DNA of 64,000 nt from NCBI GenBank assembly GCA_051362555.1, contig JBPQGU010000016.1, positions 2,294,001 to 2,358,000 on the forward strand, read 5' to 3'. How positions within the stretch are numbered: position 1 is the stretch's first letter; each line of letters opens with the position of its first letter. This document shows positions 14,178-28,773 of this stretch, in pieces. The notes under the pieces were generated by a model. The model was not told where the DNA came from. It made no database searches and saw only the letters and a program-made list of their open reading frames with translations. The stretch comes from Lingula anatina. Lineage: Eukaryota; Animalia; Brachiopoda. A program made the position numbers and the translations under genes.

Positions 14178-17100
14178 TCAATGGGTTTCGCATCGAGTAT
14201 CGTGGAATCGTGGTTCAAACGATAAGTTGAGAGTTAGAGAGAAATATAATGTATAGAAAGTCGAAACAGGACACGTTCGCACAGCCACTCACAATCAAAC
14301 TCAAGAAAATAGGAAGGCGAAACAAAAAACAAGGAAGAATATATAAAACACGCTACAAAGAAATCTAAATATAAACATTATTTTATCTTGGCTGCTGACT
14401 AACGATGCCCTTGTCAGCAAAGAAAATTTACTAGACAAAATCATCTTCTCAGACCAATTTGTTTAATTCGTACTTTTCTTCCCAAAGCCTTTGTTTTTTC
14501 AAGGACGCAACCGCTAGGTTTATCATCATTTTACAAATAAAAGATATTAATTTTGGAGTAATTGCCCACGGAAATATTTTACGTGGGGCGCATGAATTTA
14601 TTACCCTTATGTTGAAATTAATGCTTTGAGTCTCGCGTCTCTATAATGCTAATGTTTTTGTTGGTGGCTGAGAAAACTGTCGATTTTAAAACTGTGATTT
14701 GACATTGATAGCGAGACCCTGCTCGTGCTATGAAATAACCGTTGTTTAATACGAGACTGGTGGGGCATTTTGAAACAATATGACAATTTTAGTCGCAGGA
14801 TAATGTAAACGTTTATGTCTTTTAATTAATTTTTCTTCTTTATATACTTCAAGTCACCTCTGCTGAGATCTACGCAGTAATAATGAAATACCTTTATTTG
14901 AATAATGCAACACAATAACAAATTACCAATTTGGCATGCTCAGTTTTGATAAAAAAAGAGACAGATAGTACCTACGTAAAGGTAAATTTTATTTTTAGAA
15001 TAAATCGAAATAAAATTGCATCATGGTGGTCGTTGTCGTACCTAATTAAATCGATGTCCATGCAAGCGGTAAATTGAAACCTTTCGCGAGTGAATATGCC
15101 GCTATTTTTCCCACTCATTTCCTTCACAAAGAACGCAGAAAACTGATGACTAAGAATGACGTATTAAATAAGAAAATTGTGAACACATTTAAAAACAATT
15201 CGGAAGTTTATTTTTTCCTACTTCATCACAGAATTGTTCGATAAGATATTTTACTTGAGAAATATTCAGAGCATTTTAAGGACGGGGGGGGGGGGGGGGG
15301 AGTGGTCTCAAATAATTTGTACAACATTATTTATCAATCAATATCAATAAAAATACTAAGTCCTTCATCGCAACCAGTCTCGTTCTTCAGTCGAGGCACG
15401 ACGAGGGCAATAAACAATAAAGTTCCGAAACAAATTTATTCTCACCTTTTTGAGGGTTTAATAGCACAGCGCACCAATTTGTCACGGCGCCTTAATACCC
15501 GTCACTACTTAATAATGTCAGAATGTCTCTTTCTTATTGGGTTTTTAATCTCACATTAAAAGACCTTAAAATACCTGTTCTAACACGCCATGCGTCATTT
15601 AGTCATTTTCAGTCAGAGTGACAAGGCCGTTTCTGCTGTTAAATATAAAGACGAAGGTAGATAACCGTAAAGTATTCGTTTACAATTAATGTCATTTTAT
15701 TACAAGGATTTGAAGGCGGTGCCTAATACACGTAGTAATAGAAGATATGGGTTTCGTTTATTTGACAGGGTGTGTTAATTGTTGAAGGTGTTTTTATTGT
15801 TTGTGGGGATTTGTGTGGGCGTATTAGTTTCTGCAGATATTAATGAGGAGAGAGAGAGAGAGAGAAAGAGTATAACTTTTGACTGTGCAAAAAATCAAGT
15901 GTGATTCCAAAATATTGATAAATATTAGATGATGGGATGAGAGAAAGAGAGAGAGGACGGACGGGGAAAGGCAGAAAGATAAAGAAAAGAAAAAAACAAT
16001 GCGTATACATCGACACTTGCTCGTGTGCGCGTTTTCCCGTGCGCGCGTAAGCCTCTACCCACATACGTAGACGCGTGCAAACAATTCACACCAATTTACT
16101 GTTAGTCTAGTGTGGCTAATTATCAACTTAGGGTAATGCGTGAGGCTAATAAACAGACATTAAGGGCGGGTCGCTTTTAAATCGCTGATAAAACTTAATT
16201 CATGACATGTGGCAGGCAATATTATAAATAACCGACCTAGGTGCATACATATTCCACCGCGTGTTGGAGTATTAAAGCTTATAGAGCATAATGCTGTGAA
16301 CCCTCTGTTACACGTAATTTGCATACATATATTTATAAGGCACATTTTAATCTCTTTCTTTCTACGAGCGTTTTAAAGTGGAGAGAGGCTGGCCTTTCGT
16401 TTTACGATACTGTCGAGGTAAAATCAAGCTCGCTCTCTCTCTCTCTCTCTCTCTTGTATCAGTGACACATAACAAGCGAGCGATGCGGTTCGGGAGGTCG
16501 GTCATCTGACTGCTGAAGAAGTGAGGAATCTGTCTATCTTGCATATAAAAGATGATAATTTCGATAAAAGCGACTTAAGGACCTCCTTTCCCCTTCTGTT
16601 ATTTTCAGGAGAGCGACAAACGCGACCAAGCGCAGGCAGCTGTGAAATTATAATATCTGACCACACGTTGGATTTCGGCGGAGTAGAGAGGAAACGCTAC
16701 TTAACCCCAGACCTCGCACAGCCGTCGCAGTAGAAGAGCCAGAACTGAGAAACGACCCTTATTGGCTTAAAGACTCTCGCTAACGGTAGATCTCGACGCA
16801 CAGAGGCGTTCCTGACTCAACCCATTAAGCCTGGTGCCTCACGAGAGGGGCATGACAACAATTAATCTATCAGATACCGCTTCCTTCAAGCTCTGTTGAG
16901 GTTCACTTTTAACGTGGCTGACGCATGGAGTAGGTCGTGTTTTCTTGGACTCACTGACTTTTTGCGTCGATTTTTGATAAAGTACGAAAAAGAATATTGT
17001 GGGACCCGGACAAGTGAGATTAACCGCTGATTGTTGAAGCCAACATCGATATCACCGCGGACTGGGACATACCATGTTAATATGGGCTCTCGGTAGTAAT

Positions 17101-17824
17101 AACAGTTTTACCGTCACTACCAGAACGACCACTGAAAACGCCGCGATTTAATTATTTTTACTACAGAAGTAGCATTGTCGTTGACGCACTACGCTGTCTA
17201 CTATCGTAGGACTTACACTCGGTGACGACTGGAAGTTAAAGAGAGATTTAGCGTAGCCCCGAGGGCGATATTTCTTTTAACGGCTGGGAATCCACTTCAG
17301 TCAACTGCCTGCCCCGAGGCGGTGCACAGCCAGCCTGCGTAGTAGTATTTCTATAATTACTGAAGAATAATTTCACAAGCTGCATTGATTCAAGTGTCAA
17401 GTGGTCCATGTGCAAGGAAAGGATAGGGGAAAAAGTAAGGACATTTTTTTACGACCTGAAATACTCATTTACAAACTAAGTCCATGCCTGCTGTTACTGC
17501 TGACTGGGCTACAACCATACAAGTAGTCGACTACACAAGATAGGGCGGATTTTACATTGTTTTGCATTTTTTTCTTAAACTATAACCGGCGTTGATATTT
17601 TACTGCATGCAAGCGGAGTCTCTCGCGTGTAAGGACTCCGTCGACGCTACCAAAATACAGTCACAAAACGCTGGGGCCTACAATATAGGAAAGGTAGATG
17701 AATTACGATTTTAGCTCAGATATGACGTTGTAATCTTTCTTTCTAGCCTGAAACGATCCTGCGAACGACTTGCCTCACGAACGGACACGGTACATTATGT
17801 CAAAGCAGGCCAACGCGAAGAAAT

Positions 17825-18547
17825 ATGCGGATAACTCTTAGATTTCGTTCCTCTCTCAGCGCCGAGAGTGTGCTATCGTACCTCTATCTCCTAGGAGCAA
17901 TATGGAGTGTATTCTCCGCCCCTCTTTCGGCGGACATCGCCTCACAGCCTGTAAGCATTGTCATGGCGGAGGCCCCTCCAACACACAGGACATTATGGCT
18001 GTTACACAGACACAGGAGAAAAACGAATGGGAATATCCCGAGAGCACAGGGATCACCACAGGGACCCAGCTCCCCAGCTTTTCATTCAAATCCTCAGTCA
18101 TCGTCTGCTTCAAATGTTGCACTCTCCGCCGCAGACGATCTTTCAGGGAAGTGGAGAGGTAGCGGTAGTGGAAGGGGGCGAGGTATGCCCGTTGCTAAAC
18201 AATTCTTCTCTCAAATTATCAAAAAGAACGCTGGGTCCGGTTCGAGCAGACGAGCCGACCTAGCGCTTTCCAGACTGGCAGTTCTATCCGGGCAGCAGAC
18301 GGGTTCAAGTCAAGGAGACAATGCCTCTCTGCCGCTCTCTTCCATTCCGTCTTCAACTCACGGGACAAATCCCGCAGACAATTCAGAAGCAGACGATACC
18401 AGTATTCCTAGCGCTCCCGCCATGGCGGAAGGCGCAAACTCAGTCTCAGAGGACGGAAAATCTTCGGAGAATACATCGATTGTCTCTCTACACACAGTTT
18501 CGGAAAGGTCCTCAGATGCAGGAACAGAAGGCGACGTCACGCACAGG
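17825..18547 (+). CDS. probable first coding exon of a secreted astacin-family metalloprotease (signal peptide plus long Ser/Gly/Ala-rich pro-region, 241 codons)
   Basis: Longest ORF outside the transposon array. Hydrophobic VLSYLYLLGAIWSVFS-AP resembles a signal peptide. It ends at a strong donor AGG|gtaagt in phase 0, matching the phase-0 exon at 38238. Linkage to the astacin exons is inferred. Confidence 0.7.
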
Positions 18548-21500
18548 GTAAGTCACCAAAATTTTTTCTTACGTGACCCTTTTCCGGGATAGATAACCCC
18601 CTCTTCCTATTTTTTTGTTTCTATATTGGCACCCTCGTCACCGACTTCTACTTGAGGAAGTGATATTCCAAAGGCATCTTGAGTGTTAATGGCTCTGAAG
18701 GTAATGCAAAATGAGGACGAATTGGCGCATTTCTATGCAATTCACGTTTTGTGGCCGATTCGGCTATAAGTTGTATACCTAGCATGTTTATGTTTTCTTT
18801 CTCATACTTGCCCTTGGCATTCGGGCATTCTTTCACCACATACCCGGCATAGCATACTGTGTCGTATCCCTAAGATATCAATGATTTTTTTGTGTGTAGG
18901 GGACTCATTCAAAGATTACCAGCTTCTGTGGTACAGGAAAACGAGAGAAAATTGCCGAGCGTGTAACTTAAGAATGAAATGACGCTGTCGAGACTTGGAT
19001 ACCGGAAGTGAAAAAGGCTTAACGTCGATAGAAGGCTATTAAAATTCAGCACGTCGAATCTAGAACATCAAGACGCATTAAAGGGATTTTATTGTAGATA
19101 ACATACCTTACCGTTTAATAATTCATATCCCTAGCTTCCCATGCATATTCTGCAAGTCTTTGTGTTCCTCTCTATCTAGGTGCAACCTGCCATTTATACC
19201 CATTTATTTACAAAATCGGAGATAATATTTCTCTGGTATGCACTTCCATACACATTGAAGCGATTTTGTGTGCCTATTATTTTAGCATGTTAGCCGTTTA
19301 CCTTCCAAACTGAGTGCAAAACATGATTTATATCCAATTATTTATTAAAAACAAAAATAGTTGTCCCGTACAGAAAACCATGAGTTTTATACATCTTGAA
19401 GCAAAAGTATAGAGCCAATTTACGATTGAATCTGAACCCAGACCCTTGTGTAAACCCCTTTCTTTAAATCAGCTAAACGAAAGCAGGCTCACGCGTTGTT
19501 TCAATGTGAATGTTAGTTACAAGGACAGCTAATAAGACACGCGACATTTTAAAACACACCTGGCACTTTTTTTAATGCTGGTTTCTTTTCTTTCTTCTCG
19601 TGAATGTACTGTGTGTGTGTTGACACCTCTTCCTCTCGCTTGCACCGAAAGTGAATCTATCAACATTGGCTAGCTGGCCTACACTTAGGGCTTACATATA
19701 CATCTGCCTTGACTCAAATTGTATCATACCAAAGTCTCGTTCATGGTACCTGATTAATGAGACCCTTCTCCTCTCCAGAACGCGATGAGATACAGCATGC
19801 CCGTCATAACCATACACGGGTCACGGTTCCACATGTTAAGGTCCCAGAACGTGCATCAGTGTAGTAACGTAAATCATGGTTTTAACACCTTTATTTTAAA
19901 GATGATATCAAAACGCTGATAATATGGCATAGAGCGCTAGCTCTGCTTTGGGAGGCGTGGTTTGCATTCACCTGTGTTGGTTTTGATATAATTTTGTGTA
20001 TGTAGGGGTTAGAGGGATGCTGTTTTTTTTTTCAGTAAAAATGTATACACCCCAACCCTTCTATTATGAGGTATTTTGCTTAAGATTGAACAACTGAATA
20101 ATATAAATATATACTCACTTCATCCTTATACAGTTCAATTACTACCAGTATGTTGTGTTGGTGAATGTTGTCAAAATATTTAAATTTAACATGTCAGAGT
20201 TTCTCAATTGGCAGGCATGTTGTATTTCATTTAAAAACACGTAAATTATTGAAAATTCAATTGATTTTGCTAACTAAGATAGTGAAGGAATTTGTAGCAC
20301 GTGGAATCAATTCACTTCCGTGTTTGGCGACTCTCAGTTCAGTTTTACTATTTCAGTTGATTACCATGTACATAAAATGGACTATATCTTTTAATTAACT
20401 ATATTTATCCTGTTCGAATTTCCACTTTTTCCATGTACATACTTTAACTTATCCGAAAGATTTTCCACGCTTTCCTTATGTCTTCTTAATTTTTGTCTGC
20501 CTAAACGTTTCATTTTATCGTTTGCATTTTAACTACACGGTTTACCCTATAATTTGTTTTTTTTCTTGAAATCTTTTTCATCAAAATAGCAATTTATTAC
20601 TGTCGATGCTACGGAGATATAAGCCCAGTATTTTGTTTGTGGAAAGAGGTTTTCAGTGGGATGGGAAATGATAAAAAGGCCCAACTTAATTATCGAACAA
20701 CACCTGTGGTCTTGTAAAGTATTAAAAACGCGATGGATGAATTGCAGATGAAAGCGACTTGATTCAATATGTGTCTTTTGTCGGAAATGTGTTGCTTTCC
20801 AGAAGTGGTATTATCATTATTGTTACATGTACTTATTGTCCCTCTCCCCCCCCCCCCCCCAACTATCTCTCTCTCTCTCACACAACTTTTTTCTATTTGT
20901 ATACCGCATGACTCTAGACTATAAGACTCCGGAATTCATTTAATTGCGTAATTTATAAAAGCACCACATTCGTGACTGATTCAGCATTTTTATTTATAAG
21001 ATAGATTGTTTAGGGACCACGTCACAAAGTCACTTGCTTGTTGTCAGCATAAACAAGGTCTGGGTATCTAACCTGAGTTAAAAGATGCTCTATGGCATCA
21101 AAACACGCAATTTTACAATTCACAAAGACCTAATGGGCCATAATGAAAGTCACAGTCCCCGTCTTGCAAATAATTAAATAATTTCAGGCATTTTTCTCCA
21201 ATCTGTGACCGTATAGTTATCACCAATTACCAGCTTCAGCGCCGATGTCCAAGCCGGCACTTTTATTAAAAATTTTGTTTGAAACCACGCCCGTTTACAG
21301 CAGCTGTCAGAATGACTGGTCTGTTGGGGTTGAGTTTGTCTTTTTTAAAAATATTATCACCCTGTCTGTCAAGAGAAAAATGAGAAAGTCATATGTGTTA
21401 TCTTGGTTTTGTCAGCGCTGTGCTCTTGGCGCAAACTCTCCGGTTATAATACATGTAATCCTGCTCGTCACCAAGGGTTGACGATTACTTCTGGATTAAT

Positions 21501-24132
21501 ATAGGTTACGTTATTTATCTCTCTTAGGGCAGGGAAATCCCAATTACTTCATTTCTATACAATCTTACGAGTGTTAACACCTCTCCCCCCTCCCCCCATG
21601 ATAATCAATAAGCACGATGATGGCTACATTTCTATATATGGAACCTTGCGTATCTTTCCACACAGGGTGTCTGGAGTCTAATTATTTATGTAAATCCTAA
21701 TCAAAGAAATTCGCAATGCAAACTGTTCACAAAGTTACTATTTATACAGTTTCACATATTGGTCGGGTCGTGATGCCGGCTGTTGACCTCCGGCTGACGG
21801 ACTGGGTGAACAACTGTCGATAATTTTACGTGGGTTGAATATTGATAAAGACACCGTTAAATTTACTTCTTTAATTAATTAATAAAATTACATACCGTTT
21901 AGATACCATTTTTGTCAATAGTCACAACAAGCTAACATACTGGTTATTCTAATCACATTCCACTGCCAAACACACTGTGACTCTTCGTGGAGTAAATTTG
22001 AACAGAGGTGGCGATGAAATGTGCTTTTCATGATGAAATAATAAAATGAAACAACATCGTATCATTTTTTTGGTAGTCGTATATGTGTTAAGTTTATGTT
22101 AATAATATGTATTGTGTTATATCTGCCCATCTCCTTTCTTAAAGTTGAATAATTCAAACAACAACAATAACAATAACAACAACAACGCTCTTTCATAAAT
22201 CAGACCCTGCTTTTATCATACCATTTTTTTTTCTTTGGGGTACCGCTAAGAAGATGATATGCACTTAGTGTTCACTCATCACTTTACTCCCAAAGTTGAC
22301 AGGGTGAAAAACTTAGTAAATCATTTTAAAGAGTCGGTGGCCTTGACTGGAGTTACGTACACATGTCAGTCAAAGTTAGGTCAGGTGGCTTGTAGGGCTA
22401 AAATATCATTTGAGATCCCCAAGTCAAAGTAATGAGCGCTAAGGTTAGAAGTAACACGTGGTTATGACCACGATAAAACTGGGATGAATTGATCATTTAC
22501 TATTAGAAATTATATACACATAACTGTTGACTGATATGCCAGAAACCGTACAACCAGCAGTTTCTTTAATTCAAGGTGTCCTTCAAAGCTACAGCGTTGA
22601 TGTGTATTGTTCTGCAGCGTACATAACAAGCAGTACTTTTTTTTCATGACATGCAAATACTGTTGCATTTTTGTAGTAGCGTGTTGCATCTTAACCTTCA
22701 GTCGGGGGCTGACATTAAATCTCTTTTTCTGCGAACTAGGGGGATATTATTCTTGTTTTGTCTTTTATTATGTCCTTAGATCAAGCACTGCGCAATCTGT
22801 TGCCAACAGGTCTGTCGTTTTATGCCGCTTCCTCTTCCGCTGTTCTCGTTCTGTGATCTCTGGGTGAGAACAGGTGGTTGGTGTGACGTCATCCAGTCAG
22901 GTGACTTTTACGACGTCACGTGGGGGAGAGTCTGCAGTGACCAGCTGGATACAAGAGCAATGAGAGTGGTTTTTACACAAATATTATAGTCGGTGCTTGT
23001 CGTATGGGTTTGTTGATGAATATTTTATAAAGAAATATTGATATTTTGGTTTGATGTGCAAATCATTCGTTTTCTTTATTTAAATCGGCAAACTACAGTA
23101 AAAAAGTAATTTTTCATAATACTGTATAACAATGAATAGCCACACTCGTCACCAATGTTATTTGATTACGTTTTTAATTTTTTTTTCATATGCCATGGTT
23201 AGGCACCCCAAACTACCCCCAAAAATTCTCATCTAAAATTCAGAGAATTTGCTTAATCATATCAAAGATGACTCTGGAGCAAGGCACCAAAATGACCTTT
23301 CTATCCACGCATGGCACACACGCTATTTGGGCCGTGAAAATGGACACCGACGTGACCTTTCCTGGCCTTTGCACTTTTCTGATTTGGTTAGGCTTACACA
23401 CTATAACTTTAGTTAGAATAATGACTTTAACTTCCACGTACAAACTCACAGCACTCAAACATAGCCCACGACTTTATTATTATAAAGCAAGCGTGGATAT
23501 TGCTTACGAATTGACCAATACTGATTCACATAGGATCAAGATATTATTTTATTATTATTATTTTTTTTTGGGTGGGGGGTGGGGGGCGGGGTGGGGCGCA
23601 ATATTTTACTCTTTTGTCACATTCCATTGTCTTGTATACTTTCCCCAAATATAAACAATATAAACATCCTATTCAAGTACACAGCCTACCAACAGCCTAC
23701 AAACAGTACACAGCCTACCAAATATCTATAATATCCAAACGTTTTATCATTTAAAGAAAAGACACATGAGTACCCAGCGTGTGGCGGAAGGGTATTCTGC
23801 ATTTCGTTTGGTATGTCAAAAATTGCCACGGGAGGCTTGGACAGTGTCCAGTTAAGATAACCTGTTAGTAGCCTAAAGGTGGATAGTATGCGATTCATTA
23901 TCCATGTATTAATGGGCTGGACGGATAAGTTGAACTCTGCCACAAAACGATGTCCAACACAAACTTGGAGGCATTCTAACCTCAATTGATCTGGTGTGTC
24001 GTCATCACTGATAAGTTTAGGTGGGAAGGGGAGGGGGTGGGGTGCGGTGATTGGGTAGGGGGTAGAAGGCGTTGATTCAACCCTTGAGTTGTATGTTGTG
24101 TTATTTGACGAAATCTACACGGGTTAATCTGG

Positions 24133-24206
<74 letters not shown>

Positions 24207-26900
24207 CGGGCACTATTTTATCATTTAATTTGTCATGACTGCCTCGTCTCTCACAGCTGCACATTATTTATTTATTGTATAAGGCAATCCTTGCCCTGTT
24301 ACGTAAATGTCATGTTTACGGTCTGTTCAGCCATGTATTGACGTTCCAACAACATAAGCTTAAACGGTTCGATCCATGCTTTCTGACTGAGTGAATAAAT
24401 GTGTGTCGACACGCGTTAATTGTTCGTTTTATAAGTATTGGATTTTTTTATTCAACCGACATCGAAAGTAAATGTTATCTCTAACTGTGTTAAGTTATAA
24501 CTCAATCGAGTATGTTTTCAATTCAAATTATCAAGAGATGAAATAATTGAATAACTTTGGAAAACCTGTCTCGTTCACACGCACAAACACAGTTCCATAC
24601 ACACGCACACGTACAGCCCAAATGCTACCCATGAAAAACGGCCACGTTTCAGCGGGAAAATGTGTCCGAAGCAGACGACATCTCTTTATTATCATCAACC
24701 AAAGTCATTGCTCCTAACCACCCATTATAAAGTTGAAGAAGTCGAAAAATGATGACTCAGGGTAAATTATTTGATGTGCGGTGTAGATAGATACTTAGAC
24801 CAGGGGTGACGCTACGTGATAAACTTAACTGCTCGGGTAATTTGCAGCTCGAGGGGTGATAAGCCAGCTGGGTGGTCAAGCACTGGAAAGATGGGTCAGA
24901 TAGGCCTGGACAACGGGTCAGTAATGACGGGGTTCGAAAAGTCCGAACCTGGCCATTGGGTGCATTTGGCATGGGTCGGAACTGATAACGGAGTTATTGG
25001 GTGGCAATTCCTTTTCCTAGAGGAACACCCCTGCAATTAAGGAAACAACCAGCTAGCACGAGGCCGTTGGATTTGAAATGGCGACTCACCAATTGTCCCC
25101 GTTCACGTACTTTCCGGCTAGTCTAGATTGCAAATAAAAAAATGAACAGAATTATCACATTTCAACATATAAGATTCCGGATAATGGGTCTGGATATGAA
25201 ACATTCTCTGTTTGTAATAGAGACTCATTTAGATGTTTAAAGGTGTTAGGAAATGAGTTAAGTCTGATGATCAAATAATGCTTAAGTTTATAACGAGCTC
25301 GGAATGTGTTACAATCCCATTTTTTAACAATCTAATGGCGTTGAAGTTCAGCACTTATGACTCACATCAAGCGTTGATGAGCTTGTGAATTTCTCGTGAT
25401 GAATATGTCGCCCATTTAAGAAAGACAAAAGACATAACCCTCAGTGTGATTTGCTTGCATAGTCAATCACGTGTACGGTTGCAAGTTAAGCAATAATTTT
25501 ACTGTTTAACGGCCGTGACTTGTGTTGTTATGCCTGATGATTTATTATTACAGACAACGGAATGGAAGGGCATAGGAAATGACAAAGACGGAAACCACAA
25601 ATAAAAAAGCATTAGTTTCAAGTTGAAAACTAAAGAAGGATGACTGCCTGATCGGTAAAATGTACTTCTGGTGTAAGTGAATAATTCTGAGTCATCTTAA
25701 CATCTCTTTATTTTTTAATTTGAATTCACAGCTAATTGCGTTGACAGAATTTTTGTTGTCCATTGAGATATCTGACTTTTAGGAGACTCATTCCTGACAC
25801 TACGGGGGACTAAATTGAATATTCAACGCTGCCGGTAAATACTTTCATGTCATTTATGACCGCTTAAAGAATTTCAACCCTTTTATTATATTCTTAAAAC
25901 TAAACGCGGGTCCTTGGGCACATTTTGAATATAAAAACCTACCGCCTTTTGTAAAACGCTATCCATTACACGGTATTTAGTCCTGGATTTTAACTGCCCG
26001 CCCTTAAGCGACAGTTTTCTAATTTAACCACACTTGATTTTCCCTCTGGCCGCCGCGGTGAAACACGAAGTGATTGGTACTGATTACCTTGTTCAAAAAG
26101 GCATCGCCCCAAAAATCGCCATTACGCTATCGTAAAACCACCACCGGCCAATGTATCGTAGCAAGAACGTCAGGTGCAACATCGATTTTTTATTGTATGC
26201 CCTGTTGTCCAATTATGGTTTGTGATATAACCCGTAAGAGAGTACAGATATGGGTACCAACGTTTAAGGTACTAAGAGCAATGTCACGTAATGCTTGCCT
26301 TACTGTTTATGTGCTTCCTTGGTAATTCCGTAATTTCTCATAAAACGAATGGACTGAGTGTTGACTTGTTGTGTTCAGTGTCTGTACAAGGAAAACATTT
26401 GGTATAAACAGTAGGTAAATGACATTATATGATAAAGCGTAATTTCAGGCTTTGTCAGTAGAGGCTTCGCAGATATTTGGTGAATAAATTCAGCACCCTT
26501 CGTCTAAGCATAAAGTTCATTGTAAAAACTGGAATTAAGTTTGGCATTTCCTTTTTGACAAAATTACACTGTGTACATCACTTACGTCAATACAAAATGT
26601 CATTTTCAAACAGTACTCATGTGACAGGAATGATAGTCCTGGGAATGCAAGTCTGGGGTCCCTTATGATTACTACATTTATTATTAGGGTTAGTCGTAGT
26701 ACTGGGGTTAGTATATGGGACGAATGTCAACTGTACTAATTAAGTAATGGTGAACGGACCACGGTCCTTCCGGACTACCATTCCTGTCACGATGATTTCT
26801 CATATTAATATCCATTTAGAAGAGACAATAAGAAGCACCAAGAGATACATTGGTAATCGTAGTTCGTGTCATCTGCAGAAGCCATCTTGCCGCCAGATTT

Positions 26901-26960
26901 AGTGGGTACCAATTAAGTGGGTACTAATTAAGTGGGTACTAATTAAGTGGGTTCTAATTA
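26901..26960. repeat. 15-bp tandem repeat (AGTGGGTACTAATTA) x4
   Basis: Four near-perfect units read directly. Confidence 0.85.
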
Positions 26961-28729
26961 AAGGGAATTTTGCGCCACAGACAGATTGACTGTGATTAAA
27001 TTGTGACATCAGGTGCACTCGGTGCTGAGGGAGTCAAGTTTTGAATAATGGAGAGCGTTTTTATCCGAGAAAGAGGGGTGCATCAAAGTCCTATGATTTA
27101 TCCCATGTTTAATTCATTTTACGGATTATGTTGTCAGCATATAAATAAAAAAGCTGATTCCATCGATACTTGTCAAGATACACACAGGGAAATAACTTTC
27201 CATAGCCAGCCACAGTCTGAACTCAAGGCTGTTGTTTTAAAACGTCGTTCTTATGGTCATTTTTTTATTTTTATTTTCACGTCCCCTTCGTGTCGAACCC
27301 GGTATGCATCTTACGTATTAAGGAAGCTGTGCTTTGGGATTGTCTTGTCAGACCTAGTTTGACCTTATTAAAAAGTAGGTCACGTTTTTCCAGTAGATTT
27401 CACCTGGTGAGAAAAATAAGAATGCCAAAGAGCTGACCCAATAATGACGTATTTTATAGGCCGCCCATAGGATATCAAGATATTCTGAAACCTACATGTA
27501 AACATAGCTTTTTCAAAAGAAAATAAATATAAATGCCAAACATCGTGTGCCATCGTTTGGTAAGTGCCTTCTCCCATTGTCAATGAAAAAATGGTTGGAA
27601 AATTGGAAAATTCATTATGAGTGAATAAAAACAACGTGTAGCACCGAAGTTGAATATACCGTAAAACAAGTGACAGAGCTCCTTGGGTTAGGTTTAACAC
27701 GGGCGAGATATGTCACTCCCCGCGGCCCATCCTTCTTTATCTCACTGTGAAAATGACATCATACGCGTATCTCTTCTGTACGTTACGAGTTTCACAATAT
27801 AGTTTATTGGCCATGATTAATTTTACATCTGTGTACCCGCTACCATCATCAAAACATTCCGTTTGATATACATATAATAACAATTGTTGAAAACGCTGTA
27901 GCACACCTTCACCATTAGGCACCATATCGGCGTGAATCATCCGAAGCCCTTTAATGTGGATGCGTTTGTTCAATTATCTTATTAAACTAATCATATTTGC
28001 TGACCACAGAACAAGGCCCAGATGTGTTGAAATGTATCCGTACATGTTCATGGTATCGCGTATTCATCATCACTTATACAGGAGGTAAATGTGGTTGTCA
28101 TCTTTTGTCTCTGATGTTAGACAGCAAAGTCCCAGACTTGTGCATTAGTTCTTCTGCCATGCACACGCTATCATAGTATATCATATCATATGGTTTTTAC
28201 CACAGCAGAAACAAACCTTCTGATGTGTGGTTTAATGAAGTCAAAGTTTCCCTTTCTCATCACAGAGTTGGTTTTATGTTGGCTTCGTGAAACTCAAGTG
28301 GAGGTTTGAAGGGCTTGGTAAGCCTTTTCAGAAAAAAGTTCCAAGATAGTTTTCAAAATGGCATAAGAAACAACCACATTTTTTTTATTGGTAGGCTGTG
28401 TAGGCTTTAATTCTCATTGTTTCTTATTGTCATTAGATCGTCAAAATGGGTAACATTCCAAATTTGCAAAATGACTGGCTCTTTCTGCGGCGCTGCACTA
28501 ACTGTTATCTATATATTAAACTACAGAATTTATAAACTTAAGTAAAAAAAAAAAAAACATTTGTATTATTTAGTTGCAAAGGATTTAGAGCCAGGTGCAA
28601 AGCGATAATCATAGACAGAGTATATGTCGCCAAAAACACTGCTGCTGTGGGGTTAATGAAGGTGTACAATACATTTGTATGCAAATATTTAGACCTTTTT
28701 TGGCTTTAAGCCGATGCTGTCCGAAATGT

Positions 28730-28773
<44 letters not shown>

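Noticed and set aside
16544-16550. TATAAAA as the astacin promoter
   Set aside because: It is 1.3 kb from the ATG and common in AT-rich DNA; it cannot be supported without TSS data.
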